Shown here in pieces: positions 50,201 to 60,504 of a stretch of DNA of 64,000 bases. Every line of letters starts with the position of its first letter. Within the stretch, counting starts at the first letter, position 1. Location: the NCBI GenBank assembly GCA_963666835.2, contig CAXXGO010000005.1, forward strand, positions 32,001-96,000, read 5' to 3'. The position numbers were made by a program, and so were the translations under genes. Source of the stretch: Phycisphaerae bacterium. Its GTDB lineage: Bacteria; Planctomycetota; Phycisphaerae; UBA1845. The notes beneath the pieces were generated by a model. That model had not been told where the DNA came from, searched no databases, and saw only the letters and a program-made list of their open reading frames with translations.

Positions 50201-53200
50201 CCTGGCACCAGAAGACCGACCAAGCATCGTTAGCCGTCATGACTTGGCCGAGCACCACCGGATCCGTGTAGGTCTGATTGTAGGTTTGAGTCTCGCCAAC
50301 CCAACTGCCGTTCTCGTCGGTTACGGTTGAGAGATAGGTTTGAGCCTCGATGGCCACTCCGTCAATCGTCCAGGTGCCTTCTTCGACCACCAGGTAACTG
50401 ACGGTCTCAGACGCAACCGCACTGCCCGACGGGTTCTCCAACCACACGTCGAAGCTGTTCGACGTAACAGAGTCGACCCGAGCGACGACGGGGATGCTGT
50501 TGTTATAGTACTGCACCGAGCAGACCACTACCGGGCTAACGTAGCTGTTGACCAAGTCGACGGTCACCGCCGTGTCGCCCACCGTCAACGTATCCGCCTC
50601 CAGTTGGGCCGTCGGACCGGCAAGGCACTCGTCATTCACTTCGTCGCAGCTCTGACCAGGACAAGGATCCGTGCCGGCCTGACAATCGTACACGGAGTCA
50701 CACGTCTCCGTCCCATCACACCACAGACCATTGTCGCAGTTAGCATCGTTGGCCACGTTGTCACACGAATCCGTCGACTCATTACACGAATCATCCGTGC
50801 AGCTCACGCCATCGTCGCAATCCACCGCCGTGCCGGACTGGCAACCCAGCGTGATGTGGCAGACCTCGGCTCCGTCGCAATACACGCCGTTGTCACACAG
50901 GCTGTCGTTGGCGATGTTGTCGCACGAGTCGGTACTCTCGTTGCAGGAATCGTCCGTGCAGCTTACGCCGTCGTCGCAGTCCACGGCTGTCCCGGACTGG
51001 CAACCGAGTGTGGCGTGACAAGTCTCCGCTCCGTCACAGTAAGTGCCGTTATCGCAGTTTGCGTCATTGGCGATGTTGTCGCACGTATCGGTGGTCTCGT
51101 TGCACGAGTCATCCGTGCAGCCGACGCCGTCGTCGCAGTCCACCGCGGTACCGGCCTGACAAACTCCGCCGACGCATTGCTCTTCGCCGTTGCAATACAA
51201 GCCGTCGGCGCAATCCGCATCCTCCTGGCAGTCATAGCAGGAATCGGTGCTTTCGTCGCAGAGCTGCCCCGGACACGGGTCACTGCCGGATTGGCAATCC
51301 AAGGTTGCGTCACAGGTCTCTGCGCCGTCGCAGAACGCGCCATTGTCGCAGTTGGCGTCGTTCGTGACGTTGTCGCACGAGTCGGTGGTCTCGTTGCACG
51401 AGTCGTCCGTGCAGCCGACCCCGTCGTCGCAGTCGACGGCCGTTCCCGATTGGCAACCCAAGGTGGCGTGGCACGTTTCCGCCCCGTCACAGTAGGCGCC
51501 ATTGTCGCAGTTGGCGTCGTTCGTGACGTTGTCGCACGAGTCGGTGGTCTCGTTGCACGAATCATCTGTGCAAGCGACGCCGTCGTCGCAGTCCACGGCG
51601 GTGCCCGCCTGGCAGCCCAATGTGGCGTGGCAGGTTTCAGCTCCGTCGCAGTAATCGCCGTTATCGCAGTTGCCGTCGTCGGCGACGTTATCGCACGAAT
51701 CGGTGGTCTCGTTGCAGGAGTCGTTCGTGCAAGCCACGCCGTCGTTGCAGTCGGGCGCCGTGCCGTCCACACAGGATCCGCTTACGCAGTCCTCCGCGCC
51801 GTTGCACCACAGCCCATCATCACAATCGGCCGCTTCGGTGCATCCCGAACTGACCAGGGCCAGAGTGTTCAGCACGTCGATGCGCCCGTAGCCGTAAGCG
51901 CGGTCGTGACCGGTTGTTCCCATATCGATCGCGCCGTCGCGGATGGCCTGCCGCACTTCCGCCGGCGTCAGGTTGCCGTCTACGCCGATTACCAAAGCGG
52001 CAAGACCGGCCACCGTGGGGCAGGACATGCTCGTGCCGCTCATGCCGGTGATCGAACCACCGCCCGAAGCATTGCTGGCCGACCAGATATTTGCACCCGG
52101 GGCGGTCACATCGAGGTAATCACTCTCGTTGCTGAAGCAGCCGACCTCGTCCGTCTCGGGAGCATAATCCGTGCAGATTCCCCAGTTCCAGTTGGTTGTG
52201 TTGTCCTCGCAAGTCGGATAATCGTTCTTCCAGGTCATTCCGACGGAGATGACGTCCGCACCACACGCCGGCGAGCCCATCGCGTTGCTGTTGTTTTCGT
52301 TGCCGGAGGCCGCGACCGCCACCACGCCGTTGGCGACGGCGTTGTTGGCTGCCACCGCCCAACTGTGGGTGCAACTTCCGCTACTGTAACTTCCGGTTCC
52401 GATGCTCATGCTGATCACATCAGCTTGGGCGCCGGATGAGGTCTGGTCTGCGCAGTAGTCGATACCGGCGATGATGTCGCTGTCGTATCCACCGCCACTG
52501 CTATTAAGGACCTTGACTCCAATCAGCGTGGCGCCGGGGGCAACACCCTGGAGCGGCATTGAGCCGGTGCCGCACGGATCCCAGCTAAGCCCCGTGCCGC
52601 CGGCGGCGATCCCGGCACAGTGCGAGCCGTGTCCGTTATCGTCCTCCGGGTTGGAGTCGTCGTTGTAGAAGTCGTATCCGGCCGATGTGTCGATCCGATC
52701 CGAGTACATTACGTGGTCCGAGTCGATACCCGTGTCGACGATGCAGATGCGCACCCCGGCACCGTCTGCCGAGTAGCCGGCCCCCGTGATCTGGCTCTGC
52801 AGACCGCGGATTAGCGGAATGCTGTCGTGGAGCCGGAGCACGTTCGGATGGTATTCGTCTTTCTCCACCCTGAGCACGCCAGGCAACTTGCGCAGTTCTT
52901 CGACCTGATCTACGGGGATATCGCGCAGGTTGATAACGCCCGGCATGGCGGCACCGTACTCATACTTGACGATCCCGTCCTGCTGAGTCGCAAAGGCCCG
53001 CACATTTGCGCGTTCGCTGGACCTGCTTTTGGTAGCGGTGTCCATGTAGACGAGCACGCTTGTCAGCCCTACCCTGGCCCGAGGGCCGTCCACCGAGGTC
53101 GGGTCGGTTGGCGCCGCCGTGCCGCTCAGCTGGCCGGGCGTGCGCGATCCGACCGAATCGTCGTACCGGTCGTCAACCTGGAGCATGGACTCCCGGTAGA

Positions 53201-53288
53201 CGTCATCGGCGGCCAAGGCGGTACCCGTCCCGAAGGTAACCGCTGCAGCCACCATCATGACCCACATCCAGTCTCTTCCTCTCATCAT
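47286..53288 (-). CDS. Secreted S8 (subtilisin-like) protease, 2000 aa, with Cys-rich repeats, a lectin-like region and a MAM domain
   Basis: Signal peptide, propeptide, VDTG / HGSH / GTSMS triad; CDDGVxCTDDSC repeats; MAM motif (GPSAAH...FWYHMYG...DMAVDDI). Confidence 0.93.
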   Translation of the reverse strand: MMRGRDWMWVMMVAAAVTFGTGTALAADDVYRESMLQVDDRYDDSVGSRTPGQLSGTAAPTDPTSVDGPRARVGLTSVLVYMDTATKSRSSERANVRAFATQQDGIVKYEYGAAMPGVINLRDIPVDQVEELRKLPGVLRVEKDEYHPNVLRLHDSIPLIRGLQSQITGAGYSADGAGVRICIVDTGIDSDHVMYSDRIDTSAGYDFYNDDSNPEDDNGHGSHCAGIAAGGTGLSWDPCGTGSMPLQGVAPGATLIGVKVLNSSGGGYDSDIIAGIDYCADQTSSGAQADVISMSIGTGSYSSGSCTHSWAVAANNAVANGVVAVAASGNENNSNAMGSPACGADVISVGMTWKNDYPTCEDNTTNWNWGICTDYAPETDEVGCFSNESDYLDVTAPGANIWSASNASGGGSITGMSGTSMSCPTVAGLAALVIGVDGNLTPAEVRQAIRDGAIDMGTTGHDRAYGYGRIDVLNTLALVSSGCTEAADCDDGLWCNGAEDCVSGSCVDGTAPDCNDGVACTNDSCNETTDSCDNVADDGNCDNGDYCDGAETCHATLGCQAGTAVDCDDGVACTDDSCNETTDSCDNVTNDANCDNGAYCDGAETCHATLGCQSGTAVDCDDGVGCTDDSCNETTDSCDNVTNDANCDNGAFCDGAETCDATLDCQSGSDPCPGQLCDESTDSCYDCQEDADCADGLYCNGEEQCVGGVCQAGTAVDCDDGVGCTDDSCNETTDTCDNIANDANCDNGTYCDGAETCHATLGCQSGTAVDCDDGVSCTDDSCNESTDSCDNIANDSLCDNGVYCDGAEVCHITLGCQSGTAVDCDDGVSCTDDSCNESTDSCDNVANDANCDNGLWCDGTETCDSVYDCQAGTDPCPGQSCDEVNDECLAGPTAQLEADTLTVGDTAVTVDLVNSYVSPVVVCSVQYYNNSIPVVARVDSVTSNSFDVWLENPSGSAVASETVSYLVVEEGTWTIDGVAIEAQTYLSTVTDENGSWVGETQTYNQTYTDPVVLGQVMTANDAWSVFWCQGSARTNPPSSTTLVTGKTVCEDPDTTRSDETIGFIVFEADHGTIGDVEFEALLGTDTVLGVSNSPPYTYTFDSAFASAPTVAVTTMAGVDGANGGWSYTYGASPTTATTIDLVIDEDQLADTERNHINEQVGYVVFETAVAYPSGPECSVPADCDDGLYCNGAEDCVDGSCVAGTAIDCSDGVDCTDDSCNESTDSCDNVTNDANCDNGLYCDGAEVCDSVTGCEAGTAVDCDDGVACTDDSCNETTDSCDNVANDDNCDNGLYCDGDEWCDAASDCQSGTAVDCDDGVGCTDDSCNETTDSCDNVTNDANCDNGAFCDGTETCDATLDCQSGSDPCPGQLCDESTDTCYDCLENADCADGVYCNGEEQCVDGVCEAGTAVDCDDGVGCTDDSCNETTDSCDNIANDNLCDNGDYCDGAETCDAALDCQTGAAVDCDDGVSCTDDSCNESTDSCDNIANDSLCDNGVYCDGAEVCHITLGCQSGTAVDCDDGVSCTDDSCNESTDSCDNVANDANCDNGLWCDGTETCDAVNDCQAGVEPCESGEYCNEETDTCESVECVEDEDCDDDNACTTDTCVDGVCYNECDVTVSSYPYTEGFESGFGDWVNMTGDDMDWTRKSGSTSSSSTGPSAAHGGSYYVYTESSSPNYPSKTALLEGPCFDLANTSEVELTFWYHMYGTSMGTLNVEVSEDCTSWTNVWSLSGNQGNSWYEATVDLTAYVGKTITIRFHGVTGTSYRSDMAVDDITVDVTAAISCTGDAECDDGLFCNGAETCVSNLCQPGSDPCPGQTCDEISDTCVAGPAVKYSWNMDTDPGWTTAGQWAWGQPTGSGGASHGNADPSSGYTGSNVYGYNLSGDYTNNLAETNLTSTAIDCTNLTDVTVKFWRWLNVEQPRYDHAYLRVSNNGSTWTTVWENSAEVTDSAWSQMEYDISAVADGEGTVYLRWTMGTTDSSWLYSGWNVDDVEIWAIGTP

Positions 53289-53892
53289 CCATTCCTCCTG
53301 CAGAACCTCACGTCCACCTGACTACGGACACCCGGCACTGCTGTAAGTGCCGCGAGCCCGCCACGTTGATACTCGATTTGTTGCGAAGAAGAAGTGCCGA
53401 CTCCGGGTTGTCCGGTTACTCGTACGCACCATGCTCTGGTTTCCCGTGGATGGCCCGCCAACGAATCGCTGACGCGCCGGGTACACCGTAAGAAATCGCA
53501 ACCAGAGTCAGTGTAACGTCCTAGAAAAACAAGAACAAGGTTTTCTTTCTTCGGGAGGGCCGTTCGGTGTCTCGCGGACTCCTTTGATCGCGTTTGGCTC
53601 TCCATGAAGCCTCCGCGGACTGCCGGCAGCTCGAGCAGACGCTATCGTGACGCGCGGTCTTGAGGTTTCTTCAGACTTCTTTGCGCTGAGGCCTCGTTTT
53701 CCCTTGCCTTCGCGGATCAGAACGGTTGTCGTGTTCGTCGTATGAAATAAAGAACGGGCCGGAGCACGCGCACGCGCCCCGGCCCGACTATTACTCTTTT
53801 GTACAGGGTGTCTTGCCGACGTCACGGTATCACAATTACCGACCGGAACGCTGCCTGGTCGGTCCGACCGTGCCCTGTATCAGCTCGGCGTT

Positions 53893-56800
53893 TCAAGGGG
53901 TGCCGATCGCCCAGATCTCCACGTCGTCGACATTCCAGCCGCTGTAGAGCCAGCTACTGTCCGTCGTACCCATCGTCCACCGCAGATACACCGTACCCTC
54001 ACCGTCCGCCACGGCCGAGATGTCGTACTCCATCTGGCTCCAGGCGGAATCGGTAACCTCGGCGGAGTTCTCCCAAACGGTCGTCCAAGTGCTGCCGTTG
54101 TTGCTTACCCGCAGGTAAGCGTGGTCGTACCTGGGCTGCTCGACATTCAGCCAGCGCCAGAACTTGACCGTGACATCGGTCAGGTTGGTGCAGTCGATTG
54201 CGGTCGAGGTCAGGTTTGTCTCGGCGAGGTTGTTGGTGTAATCGCCGGACAGGTTGTAGCCGTATACGTTGCTGCCGGTATACCCGCTACTCGGGTCGGC
54301 GTTTCCATGGGAAGCCCCGCCACTTCCGGTCGGCTGTCCCCAGGCCCATTGGCCCGCGGTCGTCCATCCCGGATCAGTGTCCATGTTCCACGAATACTTG
54401 ACCGCCGGTCCCGCGACACAGGTGTCGGAGATCTCATCGCAAGTCTGCCCCGGACACGGATCCGATCCCGGTTGGCAGAGGTTGCTGACGCAGGTTTCCG
54501 CGCCGTTGCAGAACAGGCCGTCGTCGCACTCCGCATCACCGGTGCAGGAGATGGCCGCCGTTACGTCCACGGTAATGTCGTCGACCGCCATATCGCTGCG
54601 ATAGCTGGTGCCGGTGACTCCGTGGAAGCGGATGGTGATCGTCTTGCCGACGTAGGCGGTCAGATCGACGGTCGCCTCGTACCACGAGTTGCCTTGATTC
54701 CCGGACAGGCTCCATACATTCGTCCAGCTTGTGCAATCTTCGGATACCTCGACGTTCAGCGTGCCCATCGACGTTCCGTACATGTGATACCAGAAGGTCA
54801 GCTCTACCTCGCTGGTATTGGCCAGATCGAAGCACGGGCCCTCGAGCAGGGCCGTCTTGCTCGGGTAGTTCGGGCTCGACGACTCGGTGTAGACATAATA
54901 CGACCCGCCGTGGGCCGCGGAGGGACCGGTGCTGCTCGACGACGTCGAACCGCTCTTTCTGGTCCAGTCCATGTCATCGCCCGTCATGTTGACCCAATCG
55001 CCGAAGCCGCTTTCGAAACCTTCAGTATAAGGATACGAGGAGACGGTGACGTCGCACTCGTTGTAGCAGACCCCGTCGACACAGGTGTCCGTCGTACAAG
55101 CGTTGTCGTCGTCACAGTCCTCGTCTTCCACGCACTCGACTGACTCGCACGTGTCGGTTTCTTCGTTGCAGTATTCGCCCGATTCGCACGGCTCAACTCC
55201 CGCCTGGCAGTCATTGACCGCATCGCAGGTCTCGGTTCCGTCACACCACAGACCATTGTCGCAGTTAGCGTCGTTGGCCACGTTGTCACACGAATCCGTC
55301 GACTCATTACACGAATCATCCGTGCAGCTCACGCCGTCGTCGCAATCCACCGCCGTGCCGGACTGGCAACCCAGCGTGATGTGGCAGACCTCGGCTCCGT
55401 CGCAATACACGCCGTTGTCACACAGGCTGTCGTTGGCGATGTTGTCGCACGAGTCGGTACTCTCGTTGCAGGAATCGTCCGTGCAGCTTACGCCGTCGTC
55501 GCAGTCCACGGCAGCGCCGGTCTGGCAGTCGAGGGCGGCGTCGCAAGTCTCCGCCCCGTCACAGTAATCGCCGTTGTCGCACAGGTTGTCGTTCGCGATG
55601 TTGTCGCACGAGTCGGTGGTCTCGTTGCACGAGTCATCCGTACAACCGACCCCGTCGTCGCAGTCCACCGCGGTACCGGCCTCGCAGACTCCGTCGACGC
55701 ATTGCTCTTCGCCGTTGCAGTACACGCCGTCGGCGCAATCCGCATTCTCCAGGCAGTCATAGCAGGTATCGGTGCTTTCGTCGCAAAGCTGCCCCGGACA
55801 CGGGTCGCTGCCCGACTGGCAATCCAAGGTTGCGTCGCAAGTCTCGGTTCCGTCGCAGAACGCGCCATTGTCGCAGTTGGCATCGTTGGTGACGTTGTCG
55901 CACGAATCGGTGGTCTCGTTGCACGAGTCGTCCGTGCAGCCGACCCCGTCGTCGCAGTCGACGGCCGTTCCCGATTGGCAATCGGAGGCGGCGTCACACC
56001 ACTCGTCTCCGTCGCAATACAGGCCGTTATCGCAATTGTCGTCGTTCGCAACGTTGTCGCACGAATCTGTGGTCTCGTTGCACGAATCATCGGTGCAAGC
56101 GACGCCGTCATCGCAGTCCACGGCGGTGCCTGCCTCGCAACCGGTAACCGAATCACAGACCTCCGCCCCGTCGCAGTAAAGACCATTATCGCAGTTGGCG
56201 TCGTTAGTGACGTTATCGCAAGAGTCCGTACTCTCGTTGCAGGAATCGTCGGTGCAGTCGACCCCATCGCTGCAGTCGATTGCCGTACCCGCAACACACG
56301 AGCCGTCGACACAGTCCTCAGCTCCGTTGCAGTACAGCCCATCGTCGCAGTCCGCCGGGACGGAGCATTCCGGCCCGGACGGATACGCGACTGCCGTCTC
56401 GAACACAACATAGCCGACCTGCTCGTTAATGTGGTTGCGCTCGGTATCGGCGAGCTGATCCTCGTCGATCACCAGATCTATCGTCGTGGCAGTAGTAGGA
56501 CTTGCGCCGTAGGTATACGACCACCCACCGTTAGCACCGTCTACGCCGGCCATCGTCGTGACTGCCACCGTCGGCGCAGAGGCGAAAGCACTATCGAACG
56601 TGTATGTGTAAGGTGGCGAGTTGCTCACTCCAAGGACCGTATCAGTGCCCAGCAGAGCCTCGAACTCGACATCACCGATCGTCCCGTGATCGGCCTCGAA
56701 CACAATGAAGCCAATGGTCTCATCCGACCGGGTCGTATCCGGGTCTTCGCATACGGTCTTGCCGGTCACCAGCGTGGTTGAAGACGGCGGATTGGTCCGC

Positions 56801-59800
56801 GCGCTACCCTGGCACCAGAAGACCGACCAAGCATCGTTAGCCGTCATGACTTGGCCGAGCACCACCGGATCCGTGTAGGTCTGATTGTAGGTTTGAGTCT
56901 CGCCAACCCAACTGCCGTTCTCGTCGGTTACGGTTGAGAGATAGGTTTGAGCCTCGATGGCCACTCCGTCAATCGTCCAGGTGCCTTCTTCGACCACCAG
57001 GTAACTGACGGTCTCAGACGCAACCGCACTGCCCGACGGGTTCTCCAACCACACGTCGAAGCTGTTCGACGTAACAGAGTCGACCCGAGCGACGACGGGG
57101 ATGCTGTTGTTATAGTACTGCACCGAGCAGACCACTACCGGGCTAACGTAGCTGTTGACCAAGTCGACGGTCACCGCCGTGTCGCCCACCGTCAACGTAT
57201 CCGCCTCCAGTTGGGCCGTCGGACCGGCAAGGCACTCGTCATTCACTTCGTCGCAGCTCTGACCAGGACAAGGATCCGTGCCGGCCTGACAATCGTACAC
57301 GGAGTCACACGTCTCCGTCCCATCACACCACAGACCATTGTCGCAGTTAGCATCGTTGGCCACGTTGTCACACGAATCCGTCGACTCATTACACGAATCA
57401 TCCGTGCAGCTCACGCCATCGTCGCAATCCACCGCCGTGCCGGACTGGCAACCCAGCGTGATGTGGCAGACCTCGGCTCCGTCGCAATACACGCCGTTGT
57501 CACACAGGCTGTCGTTGGCGATGTTGTCGCACGAGTCGGTACTCTCGTTGCAGGAATCGTCCGTGCAGCTTACGCCGTCGTCGCAGTCCACGGCTGTCCC
57601 GGACTGGCAACCGAGTGTGGCGTGACAAGTCTCCGCTCCGTCACAGTAAGTGCCGTTATCGCAGTTTGCGTCATTGGCGATGTTGTCGCACGTATCGGTG
57701 GTCTCGTTGCACGAGTCATCCGTGCAGCCGACGCCGTCGTCGCAGTCCACCGCGGTACCGGCCTGACAAACTCCGCCGACGCATTGCTCTTCGCCGTTGC
57801 AATACAAGCCGTCGGCGCAATCCGCATCCTCCTGGCAGTCATAGCAGGAATCGGTGCTTTCGTCGCAGAGCTGCCCCGGACACGGGTCACTGCCGGATTG
57901 GCAATCCAAGGTTGCGTCACAGGTCTCTGCGCCGTCGCAGAACGCGCCATTGTCGCAGTTGGCGTCGTTCGTGACGTTGTCGCACGAGTCGGTGGTCTCG
58001 TTGCACGAGTCGTCCGTGCAGCCGACCCCGTCGTCGCAGTCGACGGCCGTTCCCGATTGGCAACCCAAGGTGGCGTGGCACGTTTCCGCCCCGTCACAGT
58101 AGGCGCCATTGTCGCAGTTGGCGTCGTTCGTGACGTTGTCGCACGAGTCGGTGGTCTCGTTGCACGAATCATCTGTGCAAGCGACGCCGTCGTCGCAGTC
58201 CACGGCGGTGCCCGCCTGGCAGCCCAATGTGGCGTGGCAGGTTTCAGCTCCGTCGCAGTAATCGCCGTTATCGCAGTTGCCGTCGTCGGCGACGTTATCG
58301 CACGAATCGGTGGTCTCGTTGCAGGAGTCGTTCGTGCAAGCCACGCCGTCGTTGCAGTCGGGCGCCGTGCCGTCCACACAGGATCCGCTTACGCAGTCCT
58401 CCGCGCCGTTGCACCACAGCCCATCATCACAATCGGCCGCTTCGGTGCATCCCGAACTGACCAGGGCCAGAGTGTTCAGCACGTCGATGCGCCCGTAGCC
58501 GTAAGCGCGGTCGTGACCGGTTGTTCCCATATCGATCGCGCCGTCGCGGATGGCCTGCCGCACTTCCGCCGGCGTCAGGTTGCCGTCTACGCCGATTACC
58601 AAAGCGGCAAGACCGGCCACCGTGGGGCAGGACATGCTCGTGCCGCTCATGCCGGTGATCGAACCACCGCCCGAAGCATTGCTGGCCGACCAGATATTTG
58701 CACCCGGGGCGGTCACATCGAGGTAATCACTCTCGTTGCTGAAGCAGCCGACCTCGTCCGTCTCGGGAGCATAATCCGTGCAGATTCCCCAGTTCCAGTT
58801 GGTTGTGTTGTCCTCGCAAGTCGGATAATCGTTCTTCCAGGTCATTCCGACGGAGATGACGTCCGCACCACACGCCGGCGAGCCCATCGCGTTGCTGTTG
58901 TTTTCGTTGCCGGAGGCCGCGACCGCCACCACGCCGTTGGCGACGGCGTTGTTGGCTGCCACCGCCCAACTGTGGGTGCAACTTCCGCTACTGTAACTTC
59001 CGGTTCCGATGCTCATGCTGATCACATCAGCTTGGGCGCCGGATGAGGTCTGGTCTGCGCAGTAGTCGATACCGGCGATGATGTCGCTGTCGTATCCACC
59101 GCCACTGCTATTAAGGACCTTGACTCCAATCAGCGTGGCGCCGGGGGCAACACCCTGGAGCGGCATTGAGCCGGTGCCGCACGGATCCCAGCTAAGCCCC
59201 GTGCCGCCGGCGGCGATCCCGGCACAGTGCGAGCCGTGTCCGTTATCGTCCTCCGGGTTGGAGTCGTCGTTGTAGAAGTCGTATCCGGCCGATGTGTCGA
59301 TCCGATCCGAGTACATTACGTGGTCCGAGTCGATACCCGTGTCGACGATGCAGATGCGCACCCCGGCACCGTCTGCCGAGTAGCCGGCCCCCGTGATCTG
59401 GCTCTGCAGACCGCGGATTAGCGGAATGCTGTCGTGGAGCCGGAGCACGTTCGGATGGTATTCGTCTTTCTCCACCCTGAGCACGCCAGGCAACTTGCGC
59501 AGTTCTTCGACCTGATCTACGGGGATATCGCGCAGGTTGATAACGCCCGGCATGGCGGCACCGTACTCATACTTGACGATCCCGTCCTGCTGAGTCGCAA
59601 AGGCCCGCACATTTGCGCGTTCGCTGGACCTGCTTTTGGTAGCGGTGTCCATGTAGACGAGCACGCTTGTCAGCCCTACCCTGGCCCGAGGGCCGTCCAC
59701 CGAGGTCGGGTCGGTTGGCGCCGCCGTGCCGCTCAGCTGGCCGGGCGTGCGCGATCCGACCGAATCGTCGTACCGGTCGTCAACCTGGAGCATGGACTCC

Positions 59801-59895
59801 CGGTAGACGTCATCGGCGGCCAAGGCGGTACCCGTCCCGAAGGTAACCGCTGCAGCCACCATCATGACCCACATCCAGTCTCTTCCTCTCATCAT
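53893..59895 (-). CDS. Second copy of the 2000-aa S8 protease
   Basis: Translation appears identical to 47286-53288; offset 6607 bp. Confidence 0.9.
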   Translation of the reverse strand: MMRGRDWMWVMMVAAAVTFGTGTALAADDVYRESMLQVDDRYDDSVGSRTPGQLSGTAAPTDPTSVDGPRARVGLTSVLVYMDTATKSRSSERANVRAFATQQDGIVKYEYGAAMPGVINLRDIPVDQVEELRKLPGVLRVEKDEYHPNVLRLHDSIPLIRGLQSQITGAGYSADGAGVRICIVDTGIDSDHVMYSDRIDTSAGYDFYNDDSNPEDDNGHGSHCAGIAAGGTGLSWDPCGTGSMPLQGVAPGATLIGVKVLNSSGGGYDSDIIAGIDYCADQTSSGAQADVISMSIGTGSYSSGSCTHSWAVAANNAVANGVVAVAASGNENNSNAMGSPACGADVISVGMTWKNDYPTCEDNTTNWNWGICTDYAPETDEVGCFSNESDYLDVTAPGANIWSASNASGGGSITGMSGTSMSCPTVAGLAALVIGVDGNLTPAEVRQAIRDGAIDMGTTGHDRAYGYGRIDVLNTLALVSSGCTEAADCDDGLWCNGAEDCVSGSCVDGTAPDCNDGVACTNDSCNETTDSCDNVADDGNCDNGDYCDGAETCHATLGCQAGTAVDCDDGVACTDDSCNETTDSCDNVTNDANCDNGAYCDGAETCHATLGCQSGTAVDCDDGVGCTDDSCNETTDSCDNVTNDANCDNGAFCDGAETCDATLDCQSGSDPCPGQLCDESTDSCYDCQEDADCADGLYCNGEEQCVGGVCQAGTAVDCDDGVGCTDDSCNETTDTCDNIANDANCDNGTYCDGAETCHATLGCQSGTAVDCDDGVSCTDDSCNESTDSCDNIANDSLCDNGVYCDGAEVCHITLGCQSGTAVDCDDGVSCTDDSCNESTDSCDNVANDANCDNGLWCDGTETCDSVYDCQAGTDPCPGQSCDEVNDECLAGPTAQLEADTLTVGDTAVTVDLVNSYVSPVVVCSVQYYNNSIPVVARVDSVTSNSFDVWLENPSGSAVASETVSYLVVEEGTWTIDGVAIEAQTYLSTVTDENGSWVGETQTYNQTYTDPVVLGQVMTANDAWSVFWCQGSARTNPPSSTTLVTGKTVCEDPDTTRSDETIGFIVFEADHGTIGDVEFEALLGTDTVLGVSNSPPYTYTFDSAFASAPTVAVTTMAGVDGANGGWSYTYGASPTTATTIDLVIDEDQLADTERNHINEQVGYVVFETAVAYPSGPECSVPADCDDGLYCNGAEDCVDGSCVAGTAIDCSDGVDCTDDSCNESTDSCDNVTNDANCDNGLYCDGAEVCDSVTGCEAGTAVDCDDGVACTDDSCNETTDSCDNVANDDNCDNGLYCDGDEWCDAASDCQSGTAVDCDDGVGCTDDSCNETTDSCDNVTNDANCDNGAFCDGTETCDATLDCQSGSDPCPGQLCDESTDTCYDCLENADCADGVYCNGEEQCVDGVCEAGTAVDCDDGVGCTDDSCNETTDSCDNIANDNLCDNGDYCDGAETCDAALDCQTGAAVDCDDGVSCTDDSCNESTDSCDNIANDSLCDNGVYCDGAEVCHITLGCQSGTAVDCDDGVSCTDDSCNESTDSCDNVANDANCDNGLWCDGTETCDAVNDCQAGVEPCESGEYCNEETDTCESVECVEDEDCDDDNACTTDTCVDGVCYNECDVTVSSYPYTEGFESGFGDWVNMTGDDMDWTRKSGSTSSSSTGPSAAHGGSYYVYTESSSPNYPSKTALLEGPCFDLANTSEVELTFWYHMYGTSMGTLNVEVSEDCTSWTNVWSLSGNQGNSWYEATVDLTAYVGKTITIRFHGVTGTSYRSDMAVDDITVDVTAAISCTGDAECDDGLFCNGAETCVSNLCQPGSDPCPGQTCDEISDTCVAGPAVKYSWNMDTDPGWTTAGQWAWGQPTGSGGASHGNADPSSGYTGSNVYGYNLSGDYTNNLAETNLTSTAIDCTNLTDVTVKFWRWLNVEQPRYDHAYLRVSNNGSTWTTVWENSAEVTDSAWSQMEYDISAVADGEGTVYLRWTMGTTDSSWLYSGWNVDDVEIWAIGTP

Positions 59896-60504
59896 CCATT
59901 CCTCCTGCAGAACCTCACGTCCACCTGACTACGGACACCCGGCACTGCTGTAAGTGCCGCGAGCCCGCCACGTTGATACTCGATTTGTTGCGAAGAAGAA
60001 GTGCCGACTCCGGGTTGTCCGGTTACTCGTACGCACCATGCTCTGGTTTCCCGTGGATGGCCCGCCAACGAATCGCTGACGCGCCGGGTACACCGTAAGA
60101 AATCGCAACCAGAGTCAGTGTAACGTCCTAGAAAAACAAGAACAAGGTTTTCTTTCTTCGGGAGGGCCGTTCGGTGTCGCGCGGACTCCTTTAATCGCGT
60201 TTGGCTCTCCATGAAGCCTCCGCGGACTGCCGGCAGCTCGAGCAGACGCTATCGTGACGCGCGGTCTTGAGGTTTCTTCAGACTTCTTTGCGCTGAGGCC
60301 TCGTTTTCCCTTGCCTTGCCTTCGCGGATCAGAACGGTTGTCGTGTTCGTCGTATGAAATAAAGAACGGGCCGGAGCACGCGCACGCGCCCCGGCCCGAC
60401 TATTACTCTTTTGTACAGGGTGTCTTGCCGACGTCACGGTATCACAATTACCGACCGGAACGCTGCCTGGTCGGTCCGACCGTGCCCTGTATCAGCTCGG
60501 CGTT

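Noticed and set aside
48480..51850. Periodic repeats as a possible CRISPR array
   Set aside because: They are in-frame protein repeats without unique spacers; no cas genes in the window.
48478..59046. Long plus-strand ORFs (466 and 699 aa, and Ser/Gln-rich ORFs) opposite the proteases
   Set aside because: Antisense shadows of repetitive, codon-biased Cys/Asp-rich genes; no motifs.
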